A stretch of 17,802 nucleotides of DNA from Candidatus Heimdallarchaeota archaeon (GTDB taxonomy: Archaea; Asgardarchaeota; Heimdallarchaeia; Hodarchaeales; Hodarchaeaceae): NCBI GenBank assembly GCA_048881705.1, contig JBHLSH010000077.1, positions 1 to 17,802 of the forward strand. Direction: 5' to 3'. Positions 1-7,910 of this stretch are shown in pieces; positions within the stretch are counted from its first letter, which is position 1; each line of letters opens with the position of its first letter. A model generated the notes under the pieces. That model saw only the letters and a program-made list of their open reading frames with translations. It did no database searches and was not told where the DNA came from. The position numbers and the translations under genes were made by a program.

Positions 1-198
1 TCGACCCGGGATGCTCAACAACTTACTGGGTTGTTCGTTTTACCAGTTATGTTATTGGTTGTTAGCCAACTATTTGTTCTTCTGATTGATGTATGGCTCA
101 TCCTACTTGGTATTGTAATATTGGGCGGATTTGATCTTTTCGCGTTTAAACTTGCAATAAAAATCTTTAACAGAGAGAACCTAATGAGCGCAACCTGA
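1..198 (+). CDS. ABC-2-type transporter permease, C-terminal fragment (5' truncated by window edge)
   Basis: Frame 1 is open from base 1 to TGA 196-198: STRDAQQLTGLFVLPVMLLVVSQLFVLLIDVWLILLGIVILGGFDLFAFKLAIKIFNRENLMSAT. Two hydrophobic helices with 'S.R.AQQ..L..LP' and terminal 'F.RE.L', typical of ABC-2/NatB-like permease C-termini. Not in the supplied ORF track because it has no start. Confidence 0.7.
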   Translation, partial: STRDAQQLTGLFVLPVMLLVVSQLFVLLIDVWLILLGIVILGGFDLFAFKLAIKIFNRENLMSAT

Positions 199-1011
199 AG
201 AACTACTTTTTTTTTGAAAAATTAGGCAATAGTGGTGGTGGACATTCGAGACGAATGAGTAAGGATATCCGTATGGCCGTAATGTTTTCTGGTTTTGAAG
301 CCAAATTCTTTCTCCAAGGTACCTGAATTTATCCGTCTGTTTCAAATGTATTGTAAGGTCAAATGCCAGGGGTTGAACATTACCACCATCGCGGATATTT
401 TGGACAAATATAACTAAATGGCCTTTAGTGGTTAGAAGAGAGCTGATATCCGAAAATAACATCATCATTTCGTTCAAAAAATCTCGGTAATCTGAAATAA
501 GGCCCAAGTCAGCTGGATTGTCACCGTATTTCAGGTCAAGACCTTTTTTCATACGAGCTTGTTGATTATAGTCTTTGGTCTTCCTCAAAATGTTCCAATA
601 AGGCGGGGAAGTAATACATAGGTGGAATTGCTTCTTTTCATCTCTCAACTTCGATACAACATTGCGTGCATCCCCTAAAATGACTTCAAGACCAGTTCTA
701 CTTTTTGCGGTCTCCGCATATTTCTCATACAATTCTATACCCACCCCCTTCCTTCCTGTTTCATCACAGGCGACCAAAGTTGATCCTGTTCCCAAGAAAG
801 GATCAAGAACCCATTGATCTGGTTTTGTAAAGAATTGAATGAACTCCCGTATCATAGGAGGAGGAAATGAGGCTGGATGGAGGTCAATCTCTGGGGATAT
901 TTCGCTTGGTTTTCCATCCTCTATAAACCATGACTTGGTAAACTGAATCCAATCTTTGCCAGTTAAGGCATTAAGCTTATTTCGCGGATCAATATGAGGC
1001 TCGTTACCCAT
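181..1011 (-). CDS. Amino-DNA methyltransferase (N4-C/N6-A family), motif I before motif IV; SPPY suggests N4-cytosine
   Basis: HPASFP, VLDPFLGTGST (SAM-binding motif I), GIEL, GDA, then ITSPPYW (catalytic motif IV), KGHLVIFV, RIW and HHYCLIFQK. The track start is 1059. ATG 1011 (MGNEPHIDPRNKLNALTGKDW) is preferred because the extra 16 codons cross an A10 tract and a TATA-like box. Confidence 0.9.
   Translation of the reverse strand: MGNEPHIDPRNKLNALTGKDWIQFTKSWFIEDGKPSEISPEIDLHPASFPPPMIREFIQFFTKPDQWVLDPFLGTGSTLVACDETGRKGVGIELYEKYAETAKSRTGLEVILGDARNVVSKLRDEKKQFHLCITSPPYWNILRKTKDYNQQARMKKGLDLKYGDNPADLGLISDYRDFLNEMMMLFSDISSLLTTKGHLVIFVQNIRDGGNVQPLAFDLTIHLKQTDKFRYLGERIWLQNQKTLRPYGYPYSFVSNVHHHYCLIFQKKSSSSGCAH
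207..215 (+). terminator. Candidate archaeal oligo-T terminator for the permease gene
   Basis: T9 run 8 nt after the permease stop. It lies inside the 3' end of the convergent methyltransferase gene. Confidence 0.35.
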
Positions 1012-1026
1012 TTCAAACCCAAAACC

Positions 1027-1036
1027 AAAAAAAAAA
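1027..1036. repeat. A10 homopolymer between the divergent methyltransferase and HAD genes
   Basis: Ten consecutive A at 1027-1036, read directly from the sequence. Confidence 0.9.
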
Positions 1037-1042
1037 TATGGA

Positions 1043-1049
1043 TTATAAA
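1043..1049. promoter_or_regulatory. Candidate bidirectional TATA box (TTATAAA on +, TTTATAA on -)
   Basis: Lies about 32 nt from ATG 1011 (-) and about 42 nt from ATG 1091 (+), distances compatible with archaeal promoters in both directions. Confidence 0.4.
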
Positions 1050-1090
1050 GTTCTATCACAACGCTCTATTGATCTCCAGAACCTTGAGGA

Positions 1091-1759
1091 ATGTCATTAC
1101 TAATGAAACTTCAGTGCATTGTGTTTGATATCGATGGTACTTTGATTGATAATACTCAAGATATAATATATTTATTCCAAGATACAATTGAGAGGTTTTT
1201 GGGGCCAACGAAGAATTTAACTACACAAGAAGTGTTAGCATTATGGGGGCCGCCAGGAGACGAAATCTTTAAGCAGGTTTTTCCCCCACATATTGCTGAG
1301 GAAGCATGGAAATATTTTCTCAGATCCTATCGAGATCAACACTCCACTAAAGCATTTTTTTCTAGAGACCAACTCCTGAATATCAAAGCGAAACTAAGCT
1401 ACCTCACAATTTTTACAGGAAAAAGTAAGAAAACCTGTGAAATTACGCTAGATAAACTCGAGATTCGCGATTTGTTCGATCTTGTTCTCACAGGCAATGA
1501 CGTACCCCGTTCCAAGCCCCATCCCGATGCCCTTCTCCATACGATTGATAAGTTACATTTATTAAAAGATGAAACGCTTTTTATTGGCGATAGCCATTTG
1601 GACATACAAGCAGGGAAGGAGGCTGGAGTTTATACTGCAGCAGCTCTCTGGGGTACCATGGAACCGGAAAAAATACTCGCAGAAAATCCTAATTATGTTT
1701 TTCAAACACCTGAGAATTTCATCGATTTTGTGACACGACTAACTCCTTATACAAATTAA
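1091..1759 (+). CDS. HAD-superfamily phosphatase, subfamily IA (phosphoglycolate phosphatase/PpaX-like)
   Basis: Motif I VFDIDGTLID, motif II FTGK, motif III KPHPD, motif IV FIGDSHLDIQAGKEAG. Confidence 0.92.
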   Translation: MSLLMKLQCIVFDIDGTLIDNTQDIIYLFQDTIERFLGPTKNLTTQEVLALWGPPGDEIFKQVFPPHIAEEAWKYFLRSYRDQHSTKAFFSRDQLLNIKAKLSYLTIFTGKSKKTCEITLDKLEIRDLFDLVLTGNDVPRSKPHPDALLHTIDKLHLLKDETLFIGDSHLDIQAGKEAGVYTAAALWGTMEPEKILAENPNYVFQTPENFIDFVTRLTPYTN

Positions 1760-1785
1760 TAAGCATTGTAATTAGTTGAATTCTA

Positions 1786-2544
1786 GTGCCGCCGTCCAAA
1801 TATGAACTGATTATAGGCGATTTGATTGAGACGCTACCCATCAAAGCTAAGGAACGGCAATTCGATCTGCTTATTGCTGATCCCCCATTTGGCATCAAGT
1901 TCAATAAGTCGAGTCACGAATACGGAGCTGAGGACTATGACCTGTACGCAGATGAATTCACACCAGAAGAATACTATCAATTTTCGCAGAAGTGGATAAC
2001 CGCATGCTATCACGCATTGAAAGACACAGGTAGTCTGTATATTATCTCTGGTTGGACAAACCTTCTACCTATTCTCAATGCACTCGAAACCACAGATTTT
2101 CATATGATAAATCATGCAATTTGGCAGTTCTCATGGGGAGTATATACGAAACGTCGATTCGTAACCAGTCATTACCATATCCTTCTCTTGGCCAAGGATG
2201 AAACCAACTATATTTTCAATTATTTCGAACCAGATAACGGTGATGTACTCTATTGGCCGGAATACAATCGCGGGAATGATCCCGATAGAATAAAAGGACA
2301 TCCCTGCCAATTACCTCTACTTCTTTTGGAAAAGCTTGTGTTAACCTCCAGTTCCCCAGGTGATCTGGTTGGAGACGTTTTTAGTGGAAGTGGAGGAACC
2401 ATTTTGGCCGCTCGGAGAACAGGACGAGATGTGGTAGGATTTGAGTTACGAAAAGAATACGAACCAATAATACGACAGAAGGCTCAGTTCGGTCAACAGG
2501 TTACTATCCCTATCCGTAAAACGCCACTAGACCATTTCCTATAG
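1786..2544 (+). CDS. Beta-class amino-DNA methyltransferase (DPPF, probably N6-adenine)
   Basis: GTG start. LLIADPPF (motif IV) near the N-terminus, then DTGSLYI, AIW, HYHILLLAK, GHPCQLP, and C-terminal GDVFSGSGGT (motif I) and GFEL. This is the IV-TRD-I order of the beta class. Confidence 0.9.
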   Translation: MPPSKYELIIGDLIETLPIKAKERQFDLLIADPPFGIKFNKSSHEYGAEDYDLYADEFTPEEYYQFSQKWITACYHALKDTGSLYIISGWTNLLPILNALETTDFHMINHAIWQFSWGVYTKRRFVTSHYHILLLAKDETNYIFNYFEPDNGDVLYWPEYNRGNDPDRIKGHPCQLPLLLLEKLVLTSSSPGDLVGDVFSGSGGTILAARRTGRDVVGFELRKEYEPIIRQKAQFGQQVTIPIRKTPLDHFL

Positions 2545-2905
2545 CTTTACGTGCTCATATTGCAGTTTATATTAAAAAATATCAAAAATTGCCTCTTTTA
2601 TTATGACTATATATCGTCATGCGGAATTTAAAGTAAGTTTGTTTGCTTGATAAATATTCACATGATTCGGTATTACCTTCAATTAAGAAATGAAATTCAA
2701 AACACAATATTTACGTCTACGCCGACATAAACGATTTCATTAAACTGTACTCAAGGATCCCGAGCAATATCAGAATTAGACCTTGGACCAAATTCATCAG
2801 AGAGCTGGATGAAATGCACACAGAAATTGAACCTTGAAAGACTCAGATTCATAGTTTCAGAAGTCGGGGGAGGTGTAGATTTGCGAATATTCATTCCAAA
2901 AATAA

Positions 2906-2952
2906 TTTAAAACCCGCAAATTCTAACTAGAAAAAATCTGCGGATTTGCGGG
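2906..2952 (+). promoter_or_regulatory. TATA-like TTTAAAA followed by a 9-bp inverted repeat (candidate operator) upstream of the beta-helix gene
   Basis: TTTAAAA 2906-2912. CCCGCAAAT 2913-2921 and ATTTGCGGG 2944-2952 form perfect arms with a 22-nt spacer. Further CCCGC at 2978 and 2991. Confidence 0.35.
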
Positions 2953-3031
2953 AAATAGGCCAAGAGGGCGATATCCTCCCGCTATACTTGCCCGCATACA
3001 AAACAAGATACATTAAGAATGGTAGATATGC

Positions 3032-5980
3032 ATGAATTTCAAAACAAAGCGCATTGTTATTTTTTTATGCCTGTTGGCAAGCTTGAATATGATTAATTGG
3101 GCTTTTCAACCAACGGACTTAACATCTGTGTTGATTACATCTCTTAGTAATCCCGACGGGGGAAATATTCCTTCGGAAGAAGATTCCAAGTGGTACAGCT
3201 GGGACTCAGAGGATTTTCAGGTGTTATATGCTGGCAAAAAAGGTGATAACCCGATCCTCATAGTAGGTGATGATGACTTCGTAAAACAGGCAAAAAGGTT
3301 CAAGTGGCCTGGAGACGGATCGGAAACAAGTCCCTATATTATTGAAAATCTCGTGATTACTGTAAAAGCTCGGTTACATGGTAACAGGCCTGTCCCTGCT
3401 GCGGGTATCCAAATAAATGACACAACATTACATTTCATTATTCAAAACAACGTCATTGATGGTGTAAATGGTTTACCGGACGGGATTGCCTTATCTAATG
3501 TAATTCATGGAACCATTCGTAGTAATTACATTTACAATTGCGCTACGGGGATATTTCTCTATAACTCACATGATATTATAATTGACGATAACTATGTCTT
3601 TGGTTATGTACAAACTTCTGCAGCCAGTTCAGTCCGTCTTAGTATACGGAGTGCAGCCCTGAGCTCGTCCAGACATGCGATTTGGCTGGATCCATCCAAC
3701 TACAATACTATATCCAACAATCATATCACTGGTATGTCAGGGAGTTCCATTTACCTGCTTAACTCCTCTGACAACACCGTTGGAGGAAATGAGATAGATA
3801 ATGACGGTGAAGTGGGGATATTTCTAGAAGGCTCGGATAACAATTTACTTGATGACAATGATATTTTCGAAGTTGAGAACCCAGTGTTTCCTCAAGGGAT
3901 TCGCTCCCGTGTGACGGTCAGCTCGGGACGACATGCGATTTGGCTGGACCCCTCTAGCAATAACACCATTTCCAATAATAATATCTCAGATTACTCTGGT
4001 TATGGGGTTTTTTTACAGGATTCTGATCAGAATGATCTTACTGCTAATAATATAGATAACACGAACGGAACGAGTGGGGTTTTCCTAGAAGATTCGTCCT
4101 GGAATACGATTACTGACAACGAAATCTCTGGAACCCCCACTGCAGGTACCGTAAGTGGTCAAGGAGTCCACGCCCGTGTCGCCGTCAGTTCGGGACGTCA
4201 TGCTATCTGGTTGGATCCCTCTAGCAATAATACCATTGAAAATAACACTCTGTCTGGTTTTACGGGTTACGGGGTTTACCTGCAAGAATCTGACGATAAC
4301 AGCCTGACGGGAAACACCATCGACAATTCAGATGGGGATAGCGGAGTATTCCTAGCAAATTCATCCTGGAATACAATTACTGACAACGAGATCTCTGGAA
4401 GCCCCACTGCAGGTACCGTAAGTGGTCAAGGAGTCCACGCCCGTGTCGCCGTCAGTTCAGGACGTCATGCCATCTGGTTAGATCCCTCCAGTAACAATAC
4501 CATTGAAAATAACACTCTGTCTGGTTTTACGGGTTACGGGGTTTATCTGCAAGAATCTGACGATAACAGTCTGACAGGAAACACCATTGACAATACGTAC
4601 GGAGATAGTGGTGTTTTCCTAGAAGATTCGTCCTGGAATACGATTACTGACAACGAGATCTCTGGAAGCCCCACTGCAGGTACCGTAAGTGGTCAAGGAG
4701 TCCACGCCCGTGTGGCCGTCAGTTCGGGAAGGCATGCCATCTGGTTAGATCCCTCCAGTAACAATACTATTGAAAATAACACTTTGTCTGGTTTTACGGG
4801 CTATGGAGTCTTCTTGCAGGATTCTGATGACAATAGTTTGACAGGAAACACCATTGACAATTCAGACGGGGATAGCGGAGTATTCCTAGCAAACTCTTCT
4901 TGGAATTCAATTACCGACAACGACATCTACGGCGATTACAGTGAATCAACTGAAACCGCTCTAAGTATGAGATCCCGTGTGGCTGTTAGTTCGGGACGAC
5001 ATGCTATCTGGCTTGATCCCTCACACCACAATACGATCTCCAATAACCGAATTTTCAATGTGTCTGGTAATGCTGTATATCTGCAGTTATCAAACTTCAA
5101 TGATATCAATGATAACCAAATCAGTAATGGCGGTGCAAATGGAATCTTCCTAGAAGGCTCATCGAATACTAGGATCATTGGGAATGTCCTTTATTCGCAA
5201 ACTGCGTACGCGATTTCCCTTGCTTTCGGTTCTGACGGTAACTCGATAGAAACAAATGACCTGATCGGAAACAATATTGGTGGTTCGTCTCAAGCTTCCG
5301 ACCAGGGGCTCTTAAACGGCTTTGCCTTCAATTTCCTGGTCGATCACGATAATACCGACGACAATAATGACACATACGCCGATGATCCCTATGCGATTGA
5401 TGGAGGTAATTTCGATTACACACCTAATGCCCTCCCTGTTCAAGATCTTGACCAAATTGATATTCGGTTTGCAGATCTTGATGCAGTAGTGGTTTGGGAA
5501 TCTCAAACCTTCAATTTGCAGAAGGAAGGTAATTGGGTGACAGCTAAGATCTTCCTTCCAGAGGGATATTCTAGCACCAATGTCAATGGAAGCACTATTA
5601 GAACCGATGGAAACATCTATGCGGAGTATGTTCAACTGCAACATCCAGACAAGCTTTTCGTCAAATTTAATAGATCGGAACTTGCGGCTTATTTGGAGAC
5701 AGTGGTACCTTATACCCCCATTGACATCAAGATGAACGTCACTGGCTATTTGAACGGAGATTTCCTGTTATTCTATGGATACGATAATATCACTGTAATC
5801 AATGATGATCCAGATGTACCCGTTCTTCAACTGGCTCCTGCGGATAGTTCCTCCTCGGTGGTAGCACAGGTGATGAAAAGTGTGATATTCCCTGGAATCC
5901 CATTGATATTCAGTTTCACATTGTTAACCCTCCTTGGCACGTATATACTAAGGCCTAAGATTCGAAAAAAGAAGAAGTAA
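3032..5980 (+). CDS. Secreted, C-terminally membrane-anchored right-handed parallel beta-helix (NosD/CASH, pectin-lyase-like) surface protein
   Basis: Basic plus hydrophobic N-terminus (MNFKTKRIVIFLCLLASL); 'SPYIIENLVI' cap; many G(I/V)xL..S..N.I..N.I rungs; a C-terminal beta-rich domain (WESQTFNL...LFVKFNR...GYDNITV); Ser-rich linker; TM helix FPGIPLIFSFTLLTLLGTYIL; basic tail RPKIRKKKK; many N-x-S/T sequons. Confidence 0.88.
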   Translation: MNFKTKRIVIFLCLLASLNMINWAFQPTDLTSVLITSLSNPDGGNIPSEEDSKWYSWDSEDFQVLYAGKKGDNPILIVGDDDFVKQAKRFKWPGDGSETSPYIIENLVITVKARLHGNRPVPAAGIQINDTTLHFIIQNNVIDGVNGLPDGIALSNVIHGTIRSNYIYNCATGIFLYNSHDIIIDDNYVFGYVQTSAASSVRLSIRSAALSSSRHAIWLDPSNYNTISNNHITGMSGSSIYLLNSSDNTVGGNEIDNDGEVGIFLEGSDNNLLDDNDIFEVENPVFPQGIRSRVTVSSGRHAIWLDPSSNNTISNNNISDYSGYGVFLQDSDQNDLTANNIDNTNGTSGVFLEDSSWNTITDNEISGTPTAGTVSGQGVHARVAVSSGRHAIWLDPSSNNTIENNTLSGFTGYGVYLQESDDNSLTGNTIDNSDGDSGVFLANSSWNTITDNEISGSPTAGTVSGQGVHARVAVSSGRHAIWLDPSSNNTIENNTLSGFTGYGVYLQESDDNSLTGNTIDNTYGDSGVFLEDSSWNTITDNEISGSPTAGTVSGQGVHARVAVSSGRHAIWLDPSSNNTIENNTLSGFTGYGVFLQDSDDNSLTGNTIDNSDGDSGVFLANSSWNSITDNDIYGDYSESTETALSMRSRVAVSSGRHAIWLDPSHHNTISNNRIFNVSGNAVYLQLSNFNDINDNQISNGGANGIFLEGSSNTRIIGNVLYSQTAYAISLAFGSDGNSIETNDLIGNNIGGSSQASDQGLLNGFAFNFLVDHDNTDDNNDTYADDPYAIDGGNFDYTPNALPVQDLDQIDIRFADLDAVVVWESQTFNLQKEGNWVTAKIFLPEGYSSTNVNGSTIRTDGNIYAEYVQLQHPDKLFVKFNRSELAAYLETVVPYTPIDIKMNVTGYLNGDFLLFYGYDNITVINDDPDVPVLQLAPADSSSSVVAQVMKSVIFPGIPLIFSFTLLTLLGTYILRPKIRKKKK
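3929..4996 (+). repeat. Intragenic tandem repeat, four 267-bp (89-aa) units plus degenerate flanking copies
   Basis: Codons for RHAIWLDPS start at 3671, 3929, 4196, 4463, 4730 and 4997 (spacing 258, then 267 four times). TGCAGGTACCGTAAGTGGTCAAGGAGTCCACGCCCGTGT is identical at 4141, 4408 and 4675. Confidence 0.95.
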
Positions 5981-6020
5981 CTTTCTACCTTCTTCCTTTC
6001 CCATTTTCTTTTTCCCTTTC
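5981..6020 (+). terminator. Pyrimidine/T-rich terminator-like tract after the beta-helix gene
   Basis: CTTTCTACCTTCTTCCTTTCCCATTTTCTTTTTCCCTTTC immediately follows the stop. It is almost purely pyrimidine with T4-T5 runs, as in archaeal intrinsic terminators. Confidence 0.5.
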
Positions 6021-6071
6021 GTTACACGAATTCATCAAAAAATGCGGATTTACATTCAATATAATTTAAAA
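6018..6071 (+). promoter_or_regulatory. Upstream region of TPR-longin gene 1: dyad box A, box B and TATA-like element
   Basis: TTCGT-TAC-ACGAA perfect dyad 6018-6030; GCGGATTTACATT 6044-6056; TTTAAAA 6065-6071, about 28 nt before TTG 6099. Confidence 0.45.
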
Positions 6072-6098
6072 TATTGATCTGGTCATCCTATTCCTGCC

Positions 6099-7910
6099 TT
6101 GTCTATCTTCTCACGTCGGAAACGTTTTTCCAAACCAGCAGATATTATTAAAGAATCCGGCGTAATAAAACAGATGCATAATGACGGAGCCCTAGATGAA
6201 GCAGCCGAAAGATTAGAAAACCTTTTGGGCTCAGTCGATCTACAAAACAAGTCCCTGGTTGATCCCGTTCTTGAGATCCTTAGCAATACGGCCCTTTTCT
6301 TTATTGATCGGGGAGATCTCGATGTAGCAGGAGACTATATTGAAAAAATAGGAAAAATCCGGGAGAAAAGTGACAACAAACTCACATCCGCTACTTTAAC
6401 AGTAAATGAAGCCTATTATTCTATTCTTAGGGGAGAATTGGACGTCGCCTTTGAGCTGCTTACAAAAAGTCTCGAAATTTTCGAACAACTCGATGATCAC
6501 GAATTGGAGAGGACCATCTGTTATAATAACTTAGCTAACATCCATCAAATGCGTGGAGAATTACAGGAGGCCCATGATTATTACCAAAAGGGTATTAGCT
6601 TGGCCAAGAAAATCAACGATAGGCCCCTAATTAGCTTATATCAGAACAATATTGCAACATTGCACCTACTAACAGGTGCGGTAGATGAGGCAGAACAAAA
6701 TTACAAAAACAGCCTAAATGGGCTCGAATCTTCCGAGAATCCCATGGAACTATCTGTGGTCCTATTTAATCTAGCTTGCTTGACAAACCTTCTAAAATCA
6801 TCCAAGGAATCAGAGCAATTTCTACAGCAACTGGAGAATATAAACGCTAAGGAACAGAATCATGCAATAGATAGAATTAATCGTTTAGCAAAAGCTCATG
6901 TGTTGACATCTTCAGCTCGTCTGGTCAAAAGAGCCGAAGCACAAAGAACTTTTCACCAGCTAACAACAGAGGAAAACATTTCGCAAGAGTACCTTCTAAT
7001 GGCACAAAAACAACTTTGCGAATTACTCCTCCAAGAGTTTGCCACAAGTGGAAATGAGAAGGTCCTGTCCGAAATAAAGGAGTTGTTGAAGCAGCTGTCC
7101 GAACGGGCCGAACGTCAATCCTTAACACCGCTCTTGGCTGAAATCTACCTAATTCAGTCCAAGATAGCACTCTTTGAGCTCGATATTAATCTTGCGAGAC
7201 AAAAGTTGCTACAAACCCAAGAAATTTCGGAAAAACAAGGATTTAAATCGCTTGAAGTGATCGTGTCTCGTGAATTTGACAGGATCCCTGAGATCGCCAG
7301 TAAATGGGAGGAATTCGTGGAAACGGGAGCTTCTATGGCCGAGAGATTGGAGCTTGCGGAGTTGGAGGGTATGGTTACTCGATTGATAAAACAGAAGGCT
7401 GATCGTGCCGAGCTTCAAGAAGAAGAACCTGTTCTGTTTTTGATATTAGGCATGAGCGGAATGAGCATCTTTTCTAAACAATTCGGAACTGATGACCAGC
7501 TTATGGCGGATCAGCTAATTGGGGGGTTTATTACCGCCATTAATGCGTTTACCCAGCAGGCTTTTGAAGAATCTCGTTCTATCGAAGGTATAAAACACCA
7601 GGAATACACCTTGCTTTTAAAACCCCTAGAATCTCTTTTATGTTGTTATGCATTCAAAGGTCCGTCCTACTTCGCAATGCAGAAACTTAGGCACTTCACA
7701 GAGGCAGCTGGTATTTCAGAAACTATTCTGAAAACTTTAACAAATGCAAGTAATATAGGCATAGAATTATCCGAAAACCAAGAGATTTCGGAATTGGTGT
7801 CTAGGTATCTCCTCACTTCACAGAAGGATAACCTTCCACAAGTAATGTCAGGGTTTTTTGCACAGAATGCAATAATTACCACTGGAATACCCGTTAAACT
7901 CCTAGGATGA
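6099..7910 (+). CDS. Tetratricopeptide-repeat protein with C-terminal longin-like domain (paralog 1)
   Basis: TTG start. TPR units of about 40 aa (ICYNNLANIHQMRGELQEAHDYYQKGI, LYQNNIATLHLLTGAVDEAEQNY), a helical solenoid, and from about 7428 a beta-beta-alpha-beta-beta-beta-alpha-alpha pattern (PVLFLIL, MSIFSKQF, DQLIGGFITAINAF, IEGIKH, YTLLLK, LCCYAFKG, AMQKL) consistent with a longin fold. Confidence 0.8.
   Translation: MSIFSRRKRFSKPADIIKESGVIKQMHNDGALDEAAERLENLLGSVDLQNKSLVDPVLEILSNTALFFIDRGDLDVAGDYIEKIGKIREKSDNKLTSATLTVNEAYYSILRGELDVAFELLTKSLEIFEQLDDHELERTICYNNLANIHQMRGELQEAHDYYQKGISLAKKINDRPLISLYQNNIATLHLLTGAVDEAEQNYKNSLNGLESSENPMELSVVLFNLACLTNLLKSSKESEQFLQQLENINAKEQNHAIDRINRLAKAHVLTSSARLVKRAEAQRTFHQLTTEENISQEYLLMAQKQLCELLLQEFATSGNEKVLSEIKELLKQLSERAERQSLTPLLAEIYLIQSKIALFELDINLARQKLLQTQEISEKQGFKSLEVIVSREFDRIPEIASKWEEFVETGASMAERLELAELEGMVTRLIKQKADRAELQEEEPVLFLILGMSGMSIFSKQFGTDDQLMADQLIGGFITAINAFTQQAFEESRSIEGIKHQEYTLLLKPLESLLCCYAFKGPSYFAMQKLRHFTEAAGISETILKTLTNASNIGIELSENQEISELVSRYLLTSQKDNLPQVMSGFFAQNAIITTGIPVKLLG

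Noticed and set aside
3929-4996. Regularly spaced direct repeats as a possible CRISPR array or mobile-element repeat
   Set aside because: The period is 267 bp, in frame and fully coding, with synonymous variation and no unique spacers.
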